Assembly (NCBI GenBank): GCA_963806175.1 | Contig: CAWDXA010000011.1 | Location: 602,065-666,064 of the forward strand | Source: an uncultured Chloroflexia bacterium | GTDB lineage: Bacteria > Chloroflexota > Limnocylindria > Limnocylindrales > CSP1-4 | DNA: 64,000 nt | Reading direction: 5' to 3' | In this document: piece after piece, positions 39,769 through 52,313 of the stretch | Numbering within the stretch: position 1 is the first letter of the stretch | How the letters are laid out: the number at the start of each line of letters is the position of its first letter | Position numbers and translations under genes: made by a program | The notes under the pieces: model-generated | Databases searched by the model: none | Told to the model about the DNA's origin: nothing | What the model saw: only the letters and a program-made list of their open reading frames with translations

Positions 39769-40632
39769 TCCCCGCGGCGTTCGACTACCAGCGCTCGGCC
39801 ACGCTCGACGACGCGCTCCGGGCCATCTCCGGCGCGAAGGGCACGGTCAAGTTGCTGGCCGGCGGCCAGAGCCTGCTGCCGCTGCTCAAGCTCCGGCTCG
39901 GATCGGCGGACCTGCTGGTCGACATCGGCCGGCTGGCGGAGCTCAAGGGCGTCCGTCCGCTCCCGGACGGCAGGCTGGCGATCGGCGCCATGACCACGTA
40001 CAGCGAGCTGGCCGAGTCAGCGGCCAGGAACTACGGGCTGCTCCGAGACGCGCTGCCGACGATCGGCGACGTCCAGGTCCGCAACCGGGGCACGGTCGGG
40101 GGCGCGATCGCCCATGCCGACCCGCGTCTGACCTGGCCGCCTGCCTGCTGGCCCTCGACGCCGAGATCGTCGCCCGCTCGGTCAGGGGCGAGCGGACGAT
40201 CCCGATCGACGGGTTCTTCACGGGTCCGTTCTCGACCGGGCTCGCGTCCGACGAGCTGATCACGGAGGTCCGGCTGCCCGGCCCCCGCGACGACGCCGGG
40301 TCGGCCTATGCCTGCCTCGAGCAGCCGGCCTCCGGCTACGCGATGGTCGGCGTGGCAGCGGTCGTGTTCGTGGCCGGCGACGGCTCGATCGCCGGGGCGA
40401 ACGTCGCCCTGACGGGCGTCGGGCCGACATCCCGTACCGGGCTCGGGCCGTGGAGGCGGCACTGGCCGGCTCGGACCGCTCGGCCGCGTGGCCATCCGGG
40501 CGGCCGCGGCGCACGCCACCGACGGCGATCGACGTCGTCGGTGACATCCATGCCGACCCGGCCTACCGAACGGCGATGGCCGCCGTCTACACCCGCCGCG
40601 CGATCGAGGCCGCCCTCGCCCGGCTCGCCTGA
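39765..40632 (+). pseudogene. coxM: Form II CODH-family medium (FAD-binding) subunit, frame-shifted
   Basis: GTG 39765 overlaps the coxL stop. It has LLAGGQSLLPLLKLRL, VRNRGTVGGAIAHADP and the C-terminal DIHADPAYRTAMAAVYTRRAI (ORF 40450..40632). The breaks are at ~40125 and ~40430. Confidence 0.85.
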
Positions 40633-40647
40633 CGGGCCGGTCACCGC

Positions 40648-41699
40648 GTGCGAGTCGAGCGGGTCACCCCGGGCAAGCGCCCGCCCGCTCGACTGGCCGG
40701 GTCCGTCCTGGCGCGCGACCTGGCGCTCGGCGGCGCCCGCTGGGCCAAGGGCCGGCGGCTGACCGCCGACGACCTGCTGGCGATCGCGGCAGCCGAGCCC
40801 GACGGAACCGGTCAGCGTGCTGGTCCCGGACTCCAGCGAGCTCCACGAGGACGAGGCAGCGCTGCGGCTGGCCGCGGCGGTCGGCGGGCCCGGGCTCACG
40901 GTCGCGCGGGCCCGTCCCAGAGCCGGGTCGACCTGGTCGCCGCAGCGCGGCCGGCGTCGCCAACGTGCGGATCGCCGACCTCGAGCGGCTCAACCGGATC
41001 GATCCGCTCGAGGTCTTCACCGTGTTCGACGGCCAGGTCGTCGAGGCCGGGCGACCTCGTCGCCAGCGTCAAGGTCGCCCCGCACCTGGTCGAGGCCGCG
41101 ATCGTGGAGGAGGGCGCGCGCCTGGCCGACTTCGGTGGCCGCCCGCTCGTCTGGGTCGCCCCGTTCGTCCCGAGCCGGGTCGGGGTGATCGTCAAGGAAT
41201 CGGTTCGGGCCACGGCCCGGGAGCGGTTCGAGACGAGCGTCCGCGCGAAGGTCCAGGGGCTCGGCTCCGACGATCGCCTCGATCGTCTATGTCGAGGACG
41301 ATCCGGAGGCGGTGGTAGCCGCGATGTCCGCCTTCGTCCGCGGCCCCGACACCGTCGACCTGATCCTGACCGCCGGCGCGGCCAGCACGGACCCGCTGGA
41401 CGCCTGCTTCGTGGCGATCGCCGCTCTCGGCGGGCGCGTCGTCCGGCGGGGAGTGCCCGGCCCACCCCGGGTCGATGCTCTGGCTGGCCCGGATCGGGCG
41501 GACGGCGATCCTCGGCCTGCCGACCTGCGGTGCCTACTCGAAGGCGACCGCCGCGGACCTGCTGCTGCCCCGGCTGCTGTCCGGCGAACCGGCCTCGGAA
41601 CGGACGGTCGCCAAGCTCGGCCACGGCGGGATCCTGACCCGCAGCCAGCGCTTCCGGTTCCCGCCCTACGCTCGCGAACTGGACGCGCCGGATGGCTGA
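40648..41699 (+). pseudogene. Molybdopterin-binding (MoCF-biosynthesis, MoeA/CinA-like) domain protein, multiple frame shifts
   Basis: It contains VGVIVKESV, VDLILTAGAASTDPLD and HPGSMLWLARIGRTAILGLPTCGAYS, and ends in ORF 41475..41699. The pieces are in 4-5 frames. Confidence 0.55.
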
Positions 41700-41727
41700 C
41701 GCGCCCGGCGTGTAGGATCGGCCCACG

Positions 41728-42646
41728 ATGCGCGACCGCGACCAGCGCCCAGCCGGCACCCGTTCCATCGAGGCGATCCAGGACGACTTCCGCGCCCGCA
41801 ACTACATCGCGGACCGGTCGGTCGCCACGGCCGTCTTCCTGGCCCTCGAGCTCGAGCGGCCGCTGCTGCTCGAAGGCGAGGCCGGCGTCGGCAAGACCGA
41901 GCTCGCCAAGGTGCTGGCGGCGGCGCTCGACACCCGCCTGATCCGCCTCCAGTGCTACGAGGGCCTGGACGTCAACACCGCGGTCTACGAGTGGAACTAC
42001 CCGCGCCAGATGCTCGAGATCCGGCTGCTCGAGGCGCGTGGCGAGGCCGAACGGGCTACCGCCCACGACATCTTCGGGCCCGACTTCCTGATCCGCCGGC
42101 CGCTCCTCCAGGCGCTCGAGGCGGCCGACGGCAACGCGCCGGTCCTGCTGATCGACGAGATCGACCGGGCCGACGAGGAGTTCGAGGCGTACCTCCTCGA
42201 GATCCTGTCGGACTTCCAGGTGACGGTCCCCGAGATCGGCACGATCCGGGCCGAACGCGCCGCCCCGGGTGATCCTGACCTCGAACCGGACCCGCGAGGT
42301 CCACGACGCGCTCAAGCGCCGCTGCCTGTACCACTGGATCGACTACCCGACGGCCCAGAAGGAGTACGAGATCGTCCTGGCCAAGGTGCCCGAGGCTCCC
42401 GAGCGCCTGGCCCGCGAGGTCGTGGCCTTCGTCCATCGCCTGCGCCAGGCCGACCTGACCAAGGTCCCGGGGATCGCCGAGACGCTCGACTGGGCGGCCG
42501 CGCTCCTGTCGCTCGGGGCCCGCGAGCTGGCGCCGGAGCTCGTCGACGAGACCCTCGGCGTCGTCCTCAAGTACGAGGAGGACATCCGCCAGGTCCGCGG
42601 CGACGGGACCCGGCGGTACCTGACCGAGGCCGCCGCCGGCGGCTGA
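41728..42646 (+). pseudogene. coxD: MoxR-type AAA+ ATPase (CoxD-like), one frame shift
   Basis: It has Walker A EGEAGVGKTELA and Walker B VLLIDEIDRAD, then ILTSNRTREVHDALKRRCLYHWIDYP in ORF 42269..42646. The break is near 42265. Confidence 0.85.
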
Positions 42647-42661
42647 CCGACCCGTCCCAAG

Positions 42662-44057
42662 GTGCAAGCCATGCCGGATCCCGCGATCGTCAAGGCGCCC
42701 TGGGGGCCCGAGGTCGACGGGCGCCGGCTGCTCGGCGAGGCCGTCGGGTTCGGCCGGTCGCTCCGGGCGGCGCGCCTGTCGATCGACCTCGGCGCCGCCG
42801 TCGACTTCGCGCGCGCCCTCACCCTGGTCGACATCGCCGATCGCGAGCAGGTCCGGGCGGCCGGGGCCGCCATCTTCGTTCGCCGGCGCGACGACCGGCC
42901 GTCTACGACGCCGCCTTCGACCGCTGGTGGCGCCGCCGTGCCGGCCAGGTCGACGCAGGAGTTCCAGCCCTCCTCGCTCCGTCGCGAGGAAGAGGCCGCC
43001 GCCGAGGAGGAGGTCCAGGGCGCGACCCCGCCGGAGCCCGGGTCCGAGCAGGCCACGATGCGCCCCGAGGAACGCGGCACGCCGATCCCCTCCGATTCCG
43101 ACGAGGACGCCGACGACGAATCGCCGATCGAGGGCGTCGTGGTCTCGCCCGACGCGTACTCCCGCGGCGAGGTCCTGCGCCACCGCGAGTTCGACCGGAT
43201 GACGCCCGGCCGAGCTGCGCGAGGCCGAGCGCCTGGTCGACCTGCTCGTCCCGCGGCTCGAGCGTCGCCGGACGCGCCGCTACGAGCTCCACACCCACGG
43301 CCGCCGGCTGGCGCCGCGGGCGATGTTCCGGCGCAACCTCGGGACCGGCGGCCAGCTGCTCTCCTGGGTCTGGCGCCGGCAGATCCGCGAGCCGCGTTCG
43401 CTGGTCGTGCTGTGCGACATCTCGGGCTCGATGGAGCGCCACTCGCGCCTGCTGCTGCGGTTCATCCAGGCCCTGTCGGCGGCGTCGGAGGTGCGGACCG
43501 AGTCGTTCGTGTTCGGGACGCGCCTCACGCGGGTGACTCGGCTCATGCGCGACCGCGACCGCGATCGGGCGCTGGCCCGCGTGGCGGACTCGGTCAACGA
43601 CTGGGCCGGCGGGACGCGGATCGGCGACTCGTTCCGGACGTTCAACCAGCACTGGGCGCGGCGATCGCTGCGGACGTCCGGCGTCGTGGTCGTCGTGTCC
43701 GACGGCTGGGACCGCGGCGACCCGACGATCGTGGCCGCCGAGACGGCCCGCCTCCGTCGCAACTGCCACCGCCTCGTCTGGCTCAACCCGCTGGCCGGCA
43801 CGCCCGGCTACCAGCCGCTGGCCGGCGGCATGCGGGCGGCCTACCCGTACATCGACGACTTCCTGCCGGCCGGCACGGTCGCCAGCCTCGAGCGGCTCGG
43901 CGAGATCCTGGGCGGCGTCCGGGCCGGCGACACGCGACGGGGCAGCGAGGCGGCCGCCCACGCGGCCCTGCCGGCCGACGGACCGCTGGTGTACGGCCTG
44001 CCGGGCGTCGTCGGCGGCGAACCCGTCGATCCCGGAGTTGCGAGGCCACTGCGATGA
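42662..44057 (+). pseudogene. coxE: VWA-domain CoxE-like protein, frame-shifted
   Basis: The MIDAS region is LVVLCDISGSMERHS. VVVVSDGWDRGDP and RLVWLNPLAG lie in ORF 43323..44057. The N-terminal part is in ORF 42662, with additional breaks at ~42900-43210. Confidence 0.8.
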
Positions 44058-45179
44058 AGGAACTGCTCGAGACGCTGGCCGGCTGGGAGCGCGACGGCGT
44101 CGGGCATCGGCCGCGCCGTCGTCGTCCGGACGTTCGGGTCCGCGCCACGACCCGAGGGTGCCGTCCTGCTGTACGCGAGGGACGGCCGGATCGCCGGCTC
44201 GGTCAGCGGCGGCTGCGTCGAAGGGGCGGCCGCGGAGGAGATCGAGCACGCCTGGACGAACGGCCACGCCCGGGTGATCCGCTACGGGATCAGCGACGAG
44301 CAGGCCTGGGACGTCGGGCTCGCCTGCGGCGGCACGATCGACGTCCTCGTCGAGCCGGTCGCGCCGGCCGTCGTGATCGACGCGGCGCGCGGGTCCGTGG
44401 GCGCGAACGGCCACGGCGCGGCGGTCATCACGCCGCTCCCCGCCGACTCGCCGCCGGGCGAGTTCGGGCCGCACCAGCCGGGGCCGGGCGCGCCGCCGGC
44501 GGCCGAGCTGGTCGTCTCGGACGCGGGACGCCTGACCGGCACGCTCGGCAGCGCCGAGCTGGACGCCGCGCTCGTCGTCCGCCGCCACGGAGGCCCTCCG
44601 CCGCGGGCTGTCGCGGACGGTCGAGCTCGGCGGTCGCTCGCTGTTCATCGAGGTCTTCCCGGTCCGCCCGCGCCTGGTCCTGGTCGGCGGCGTCGAGGTC
44701 GCCCGGTCGCTGGTCCGGCTCGCGCGCGAGCTCGGCTTCGAGACCGTCGTGGTCGACGGTCGCGCGTCGTTCGCCACGCCGGAGCGGTTCCCCGACGTGG
44801 ACCGGCTGGTCGTCGGCTGGCCGGACGAGGTCGCCGACGAGATCGGCCTCGGCCCCAACGACGCCGTCGCCGTCCTGTCGCACGACGTCAAGTTCGACGA
44901 GCCGGCGATCGTCGAGGCGCTCCGCCGCGGCTGCCGCTACGTGGGGGCGGTGGGCTCGCGCAAGACCCAGGCGGACCGGCAGGCGCGCCTCCTGGCCGCC
45001 GGCGTCGCGACGGCCGACCTCGCGCGGCTCCGCGGACCGGTCGGGCTGGACCTCGGCGGACGGGCGCCGGCGGAGACGGCGCTGGCGATCCTGGCCGAGA
45101 TCGTGGCCGAGCGCTACGGCGGCTCCGGCGCCCCGATGCGCGAGCGCGCCCTCGCCGCCGGCGGCGAGGCCGGGCCTGA
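44054..45179 (+). pseudogene. XdhC/CoxF-family molybdoenzyme maturation protein, frame-shifted
   Basis: ATG 44054 overlaps the coxE stop. It has GSVSGGCVEGAAAEE, DVGLACGGTIDVLVEP, a Rossmann part (LVLVGGVEVARSL) and GAVGSRKTQADR. The stop is unclear: the open frame runs on into the next domain. Confidence 0.8.
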
Positions 45180-45805
45180 CCTTGTCGCCGCGCGCAGGCC
45201 GCCGGGACCGACCGTCGCGCTCGTGCTGGCCGCCGGCGCCGGATCGCGCTTCGGCGGCGGCAAGCTGCTCGCGCCGCTCGCCGGCCGGCCGATCCTGCAG
45301 CACGTCCTCGACCCGCTGGCCGCCGCCGGGACTCGCCGACGTGACCGTCGTCCTCGGGCGCGACGCGCCGGCGATCGAGCGGGCGATCGCCTGGCGAACC
45401 GAGCGGCGGGTCGTCAACCCGGACCCGGAGCGCGGCCTGTCGAGCTCGCTCCAGGTCGGGATGGCGACGCGTCCCGGCCGATGCCGACGCGGTCCTGATC
45501 GCCCTCGGCGACCAGCCGCTGGTGGCGGTCGGCGACGATCCGGGCGTTGCTGGCCGCCGCCGTGCGAGCCGTCCAGGCCGGTCGTGGTGCCCGCCTACGC
45601 CGGCGATCCCGGCCGCAATCCCGGTGCTCCTTCGGCGGCGCGGCCTTCCGCCTGGTCGGCGAGGCCTCGGGCGATCGCGGGCTCGGACCGGTCCTGGCGG
45701 CCCATCCCGGACGTCGTGCAGGAGGTTCCGATCACCGGCGACAATCCCGACGTGGACACCCAGGCCGACCTCGCCCGGGCCGTCGAGGCGGCGTGGGCCG
45801 CCCGG
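45136..45805 (+). pseudogene. MobA/MocA-like molybdenum cofactor nucleotidyltransferase domain; boundaries uncertain
   Basis: It has VALVLAAGAGSRFGGGKLLAPLAGRPIL, NPDPERGLSSSLQ, LIALGDQPLV and DNPDVDTQADL. No stop separates it from the XdhC tail upstream or the methyltransferase downstream. The breaks are at ~45330 and ~45480-45620. Confidence 0.6.
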
Positions 45806-46608
45806 GTGCGCGCCAACCGCGAGCAGGTGGAGCGGGTTCGCGAGGTCCCCGACGGAGCCGACTTCTACGCCCCGGTGCGCTCGCTCTTCCGAGCCGACCC
45901 GACGCGAACCGACGACCCGATCCTGGATGTCCTGCTCGACCTGGTCCGGTCCGGCGACCGCTGGCTCGACGTCGGGGCGGGAGCCGGTCGGTTCGCGCTG
46001 CCGCTCGCCCGGGCGCTCGACCCGTCGGGTGGCTCCGTGGTCGCGCTCGACGCGTCGCCCTCGATGCTCGAAGGCTTGCGCGAGATCGCCGAGGACTACG
46101 CGATCGAGAACGTCCGGGCCGTGGAGGCCCGCTGGCCGCCGGCGGACGCCGGGGCCTTCGACAGCGGACGTCGCGCTGATCGCGCACGTCGGCTACGACA
46201 TCGAGGCGATCGGTGCCTTCATCGACGCCCTGGAGGCGACCGCGCGACGCCTGTGCGTGGCCGTCCTGACGGAGCAGCCACCCGCCGCCGCCGCCGACCC
46301 GTTCTGGCCGGCCGTCCACGGTGAGGCGCGGTCGACCCTGCCGGCGCTGCCCGACCTCGTCGAGCTGCTCGTGGCGCGGGGCCGCGAGCCGTCCGTCGTC
46401 CGCATCCTCGGGGAGCCACGCCGGTTCGAGACCGCGCGACGCGCTCGAGGGGTTCGTCCGGCGGCAGCTGTGGATCGACCCGGCCGGCCGCAAGGCGGGC
46501 CGTCTTCGCGCGGCGCTCGACGACCTGGCGATCGCCGACGGTGACGGCTGGACGATCCGCGGGCGACTGCCGACCGATACCGGGGTGGTGACCTGGAGCC
46601 CGCACTGA
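45806..46608 (+). pseudogene. Class I SAM-dependent methyltransferase domain, frame-shifted
   Basis: It has RWLDVGAGAGRFALPLA (motif I) and VVALDASPSMLE, and ends ...GVVTWSPH at 46608. The breaks are at ~46165 and ~46430. The start given is the first in-frame GTG after the MocA DxDT motif. Confidence 0.6.
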
Positions 46609-46765
46609 GCGCACCCTCCCCCGGATGACCCCGTTGCCCCCGAAGGGATGATCCCGCCGGTGGATGGCGGGCCAGGCAATCCGGCGGCGCTCCGGCGGCG
46701 TACGGGGATCGAAGGGCGACGACGGACGCGCTCGATGCACGAGGTGACCCGACCCACGAGACACG

Positions 46766-46795
46766 TTGACGTGCGAACGACCCGAGGCGGATACT
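46766..46795 (+). promoter_or_regulatory. Candidate sigma-A-type promoter for the form I cox operon
   Basis: TTGACG (46766-46771), an 18-nt spacer and GATACT (46790-46795). The -35 lies inside the near-palindrome CACGT-TG-ACGTG. The ATG of coxM is ~150 nt downstream. Confidence 0.4.
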
Positions 46796-46947
46796 CCGCC
46801 GCAGCGCATTCCCAACACCCACCGGACCCCCGGTCGACGCCCCCCGACGTGACCGCCGGCCCGCGATCGTCGCCAAGGTTCTGGGCCCATCCGGGCCGGA
46901 TGGCGCCGACATCGTCCCGCTTGTGCGGGGAGGAGGGTCCCAGCGCG

Positions 46948-47841
<894 letters not shown>

Positions 47842-47845
<4 letters not shown>

Positions 47846-48354
47846 CCACCCAGCACGTCACGGTCACCGTCAACGGCACGACCCACGAAGCCGACGTCGA
47901 GCCTCGACTCCTCCTCGTCCATTTCCTGCGCGACAGCCTCGGCCTGACCGGCACCCACGTCGGCTGCGACACCAGCAACTGCGGCGCGTGCACGGTCCAT
48001 ATCGACGGCCAGAGCGCCAAGTCCTGCACCCGGCTGGCCGTCCAGGTCGACGGCTGCCAGATCAAGACGATCGAGGGCATGGCCGACGAGCCGCACCTCC
48101 ATCCGCTCCAGCAGGCGTTCTGGGACCAGCACGGGCTCCAGTGCGGGTTCTGCACCCCGGGCATGATCATGCAGTCGGCCTGGCTCCTGGACCAGAACGC
48201 CGATCCGTCCGAGGCGGAGATCCGCGAGGGGATCAGCGGCAACCTGTGCCGCTGCACCGGCTACGTGAACATCGTCAAGTCCATCCAGCAGGCGGCCGCC
48301 GAGATGCGGACGGCCGCCGCAACCCAGACCGGCGCGCCGGTCGCGGCCGGTTGA
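47842..48354 (+). CDS. coxS: Form I CO dehydrogenase small [2Fe-2S] subunit
   Basis: ATG 47842 overlaps the coxM stop (ATGA). It has [12 protein letters not shown] and [10 protein letters not shown]...CRCTGY and is intact. Confidence 0.95.
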
Positions 48355-48369
48355 GCGGGGAGTGACGAG

Positions 48370-50758
48370 ATGACCACCGAAGCAGACACCCCGCACGACG
48401 TTCGAGATGGGTGGCATGGGCCACTCGGTCAAGCGCAAGGAAGACCCGCGGATGATCCGCGGCCAGGGCGAGTACATCGACGACGTCAACCTGCCCGGCC
48501 AGCTGTGGCTGGACATCGTCCGCAGCCCGTACGCGCACGCGACGATCAAGGGGATCGACGCCAGCGAAGCGCTCAAGATCCCGGGCGTCCTGGCGGTCGT
48601 CACCGGCAAGGATCTCGAGGGCTACAAGCTCCACTGGATGCCGACGCTGGCCGGCGACATGCAGATGGTGCTTCCGACCGACACGGTCATGTACCAGGCC
48701 CAGGAAGTCGCCGCGGTCATCGCGACCACCAAGTACATCGCCGCCGACGGCGTGGCCGCGGTTCTCGTCGACTACGAGCCGCTGCCGGTCATCGTCGATC
48801 CGTTCAAGTCGCTCGAGCCCGACGCGTTCGTGCTCCGGCCGGACCGCGGACCCGACAAGCAGAACAACCACATCTGGCACTGGGAGTCCGGCGACCGGGC
48901 GGCGACCGACGCCGACCTCGCCGCGGCCGACGTCCACATCGAGCAGGACATCTACATCCCGCGGATCCACGTCGCGTCGATCGAGACGTGCGGATGCGTC
49001 GCCGACTGGAACCCCGTCCGCCAGCAGCTCACGCTCCACATGACGTCCCAGGCGCCGCACGCCATCCGCACGGTGCTGGCGCTCGTCGCCGCCGGCGCCG
49101 GCCTGCCGATCAGCGAACAGAACATCCGGGTGAAGACCCACGACATCGGCGGCGGGTTCGGCGGCAAGGTGCCGGTCTACCCGGGGTACGTCCTCGCCGT
49201 CGCGGCGTCGTTCCTCATCGGCAAGCCGGTCAAGTGGATCGAGGATCGCTCGGAGAACCTCCAGGCCGACTCGTTCGCCCGCGACTACCACATCCACGCC
49301 GAGCTGGGCGCGACCAAGGACGGCAGGATCACCTCGCTCAAGGCGAAGACCATCGCCGACCACGGGTACAGCGACGCCGCGGCCGACCCGTCGAAGTACC
49401 CGGCCGGGCTGTTCAACGTCATCACCGGCTCGTACGACTTCCCGAACGCCTTCGTCGAGGTCGACGGCGTCTACACCAACAAGCCGCCGGGAGGCGTGGC
49501 CTACCGCTGCTCGTTCCGGGTGACCGAGGCCGTCCACGCCGTGGAGCGGATGGTCGACATCCTCGCCCACCAGATCGGCAAGGACCCGGCCCAGCTGCGG
49601 ATGGAGAACTTCATCCAGCCCGAGCAGTTTCCCGTACAAGACCCCGACCGGCTGGTCGTACGACTCCGGGAACTACCCCGCCGCGCTCCAGAAGGCCATG
49701 GACATGATCGACTACGCCGGCCTCCGCAAGGAGCAGGCGGAGAAGCGCGCCAGGGGCGAGCTGATGGGCATCGGCATCAGCAGCTTCACCGAGATCGTCG
49801 GCGCCGGTCCGTCGCACGACTTCGACATCCTCGGGCATCAAGATGTTCGACGCCTGCGAGATCCGGGTCCATCCGACCGGCAAGGTCATCGCGCGGCTCG
49901 GCGTCCAGTCCCAGGGCCAGGGCCACGAGACCACGTTCGCCCAGATCATCTCCGAGGAGCTCGGCTTCCCGGTCGCGGACATCAAGATCGAGGAGGGCGA
50001 CACCGACACCGCGCCCTACGGCCTCGGCACGTACGCCTCGCGGTCCACGCCGGTCGCCGGCGCGGCCACCGCCATGGCGGCCCGCAAGATCCGCGACAAG
50101 GCGCGCAAGCTGGCCGCGCACCTGCTCGAGGCCAATGAAGAGGACCTCGAGTGGGAGCCCGGCAAGTTCAGCGTCAAGGGCTCGCCGGACCGGTTCAAGA
50201 CGATCCAGGAGATCGCCTTCGCGGCCTACACCAACCACCCGCAGGGCATGGAGGCGGGTCTCGAAGCGGTCGACTACTACGACCCGCCGAACCTGACCTT
50301 CCCGTTCGGCAGCTACATCTGCGTCGTCGACATCGACAAGGCGACCGGCCAGGTCCACGTCCGCCGCTTCGTGGCGGTCGACGACTGCGGCAACATCATC
50401 AACCCGATGATCGTCGACGGCCAGATCCACGGCGGCCTGACGATGGGCCTCGCCCCGTCGCTGTACGAGGAGATCACCTACGACGAGCTGGGCAACAACC
50501 TGGCCGGCACGTTCATGGACTACCTGCTCCCGACGGCGGTCGAGACGCCGAGCCTGGGAGACCGGCAAGACGATCACGCCGTCGCCGCATCACCCGATCG
50601 GCGCGAAGGGGGTCGGCGAGTCGGCCACGGTCGGCGCGCCGCCGGCGATCGCCAACGCGGTCGTCGACGCCCTCTGGCATCTCGGCGTCCGCAACGTCGA
50701 CATCCCGATGACGCCCCAGAAGATCTGGGCCATCCTCCACGAGAAGGGCGTGGCCTAG
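48370..50758 (+). pseudogene. coxL: Form I CO dehydrogenase large Mo-Cu subunit, about 4 frame shifts
   Basis: The form I active-site loop VAYRCSFR is at 49496-49519. It also has KRKEDPRMIRGQG. The pieces are ORFs 48370, 48407..50296, 49698-frame and 49843-frame, with breaks at ~48400, ~49640, ~49835 and ~50560. The stop is TAG 50756-50758. Confidence 0.9.
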
Positions 50759-50767
50759 GTCGCCGCG

Positions 50768-51805
50768 ATGACCGCGCAGTCGATCTTCGCAAGGGCCGCC
50801 GAGCTCGAGGCGGCAGGCCGGTCGTTCGTGGTCGCCACCGTCGTGGCGGTCCGGCGGCCGACCTCGGCCCGCCCGGGCGCGTCCGGGATCGTCCATCCCG
50901 ACGGCACGATCGAGGGCTGGGTCGGCGGCAGCTGCGCCCAGCCCGTCGTCGTCCGCGAGGCGCTCCGGGCGCTGGTCGACGGCCAGCCGCGCCTCCTCCG
51001 CCTGTCGAAGGACGTGCCGGCCGAGGGCCGGCGCGGCGACGGGATCGTGGAACTGGTCATGACCTGCCATTCCGGGGGAACACTGGAGATCTACGTGGAA
51101 CCGCACCTGCCTGCGCCGGTCCTGTGGGTGGCCGGAACGACCCCGATCGCGGGCGCGCTCGTCGCGCTCGGTTCGGCGGCCGGCTGGCGCGTCTCGGTCT
51201 TCGACCCGGTCGCCGACCCGGCCGCCTTCCCGGGCGCCGAGCACGTCGGGCTCCGGCAGCCGAGCTCCGGGACACGGACCCGGCGGCGGCGCCGGCCGTC
51301 GTGTCGCCACGCAGGGCGTCTGGGACGAGGAGGCGCCGGCCGCGGCGCTGTCGCGGAACGCCGCCTATGTCGGGCTGGTCGCCTCGCCGACGCGGGCCGG
51401 CGTCGTGCGCGCCTGGCTGCGCGACGAGGCGCGGATCCCGGATGAGCGGCTGGCCGCGCTGCGCGCGCCGGCCGGTCTCGACCTCGGGGCCGAGACGGCC
51501 GAGGAGGTGGCCCTCTCCATCCTGGCCGAGCTGGTCCAGGTCAGGCGCGGTACCGCGACGTTCGTCGCCTCGCCGGGACCGGCGACCCTCGCCGGCGCCG
51601 GCGAACCCGCCGTCGATCGAGCCGGTCGTCGACGACATCGTGCTGCTGGACCCGGTCTGCGGGATGACCGTGGACCGGGCGCACGCGCGGCACCTCGCCG
51701 AGCACGACGGAGTGGTCTACGCCTTCTGCTCGATGGGCTGCCGGACGAGCTTCATCCGCGAGCCCAGCCGCCTATCTGCCGCCCTCGGTATCATCCCCGG
51801 ACTGA
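50768..51805 (+). pseudogene. XdhC/CoxF-family protein with C-terminal YHS (TRASH-type metal-binding) domain, frame-shifted
   Basis: It has GWVGGSCAQPVV and CHSGGTLEIYVEP (XdhC N-terminal domain), a Rossmann part, and then DPVCGMTVDRAHARHLAEHDGVVYAFCSMGCRTSF (YHS) at ~51649-51770. The breaks are at ~51250, ~51590 and ~51757. Confidence 0.75.
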
Positions 51806-51839
51806 TCCGGGCCGCATCTCGTAGCGCTGGAGTATCGGC

Positions 51840-52282
51840 ATGCGTTTCGAAGGCACCGTCCCAATCCGCGCGTCACGTGACCGCGTCTGGGCGTTCGTGA
51901 TCGATCCCCAGCAGGTTGGCCAGTGCGGCCCCGGCGTCGAGAAGATCGAGGTCGTCGACGCATACACACTTCAAGGCGACGGCCAAGGTCGGGATCGGCT
52001 TCATCAGCGCCCGCTTCGTGGTCGACATGGAGTTCGCCGAGTCCGCAGCCGCCGGACCGCGCGCTCATCAAGGCCCACGGGCAGGCGCCCGGCAGCGCGG
52101 TCGACGCGACCGCCGAGATGCGCCTGTCGGACGGCCCGGATGGCACGACCGTCATGGACTGGAATGCGGACGTCAACATCGCGGGGACGCTCGCCAGCAT
52201 GGGTGCGCGGCTGATCGAGGGCACGGCCAACAAGATGATCGGCCAGACCTTCGAGTGCATGCGCGCGAAGCTCGAGGCGTGA
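51840..52282 (+). pseudogene. coxG: CoxG-like SRPBCC protein (CO dehydrogenase subunit G), 2 frame shifts
   Basis: MRFEGTVPIRASRDRVWAFVIDPQQVGQCGPGVEKIEVVD is followed by FKATAKVGIGFISARFVVDMEF and then MDWNADVNIAGTLASMGARLIEGTANKMIGQTFECM (ORF 51923..52282). Confidence 0.8.
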
Positions 52283-52313
52283 CCGATCGGCCCATGGCCG
52301 TGCGCCTCGCCGC

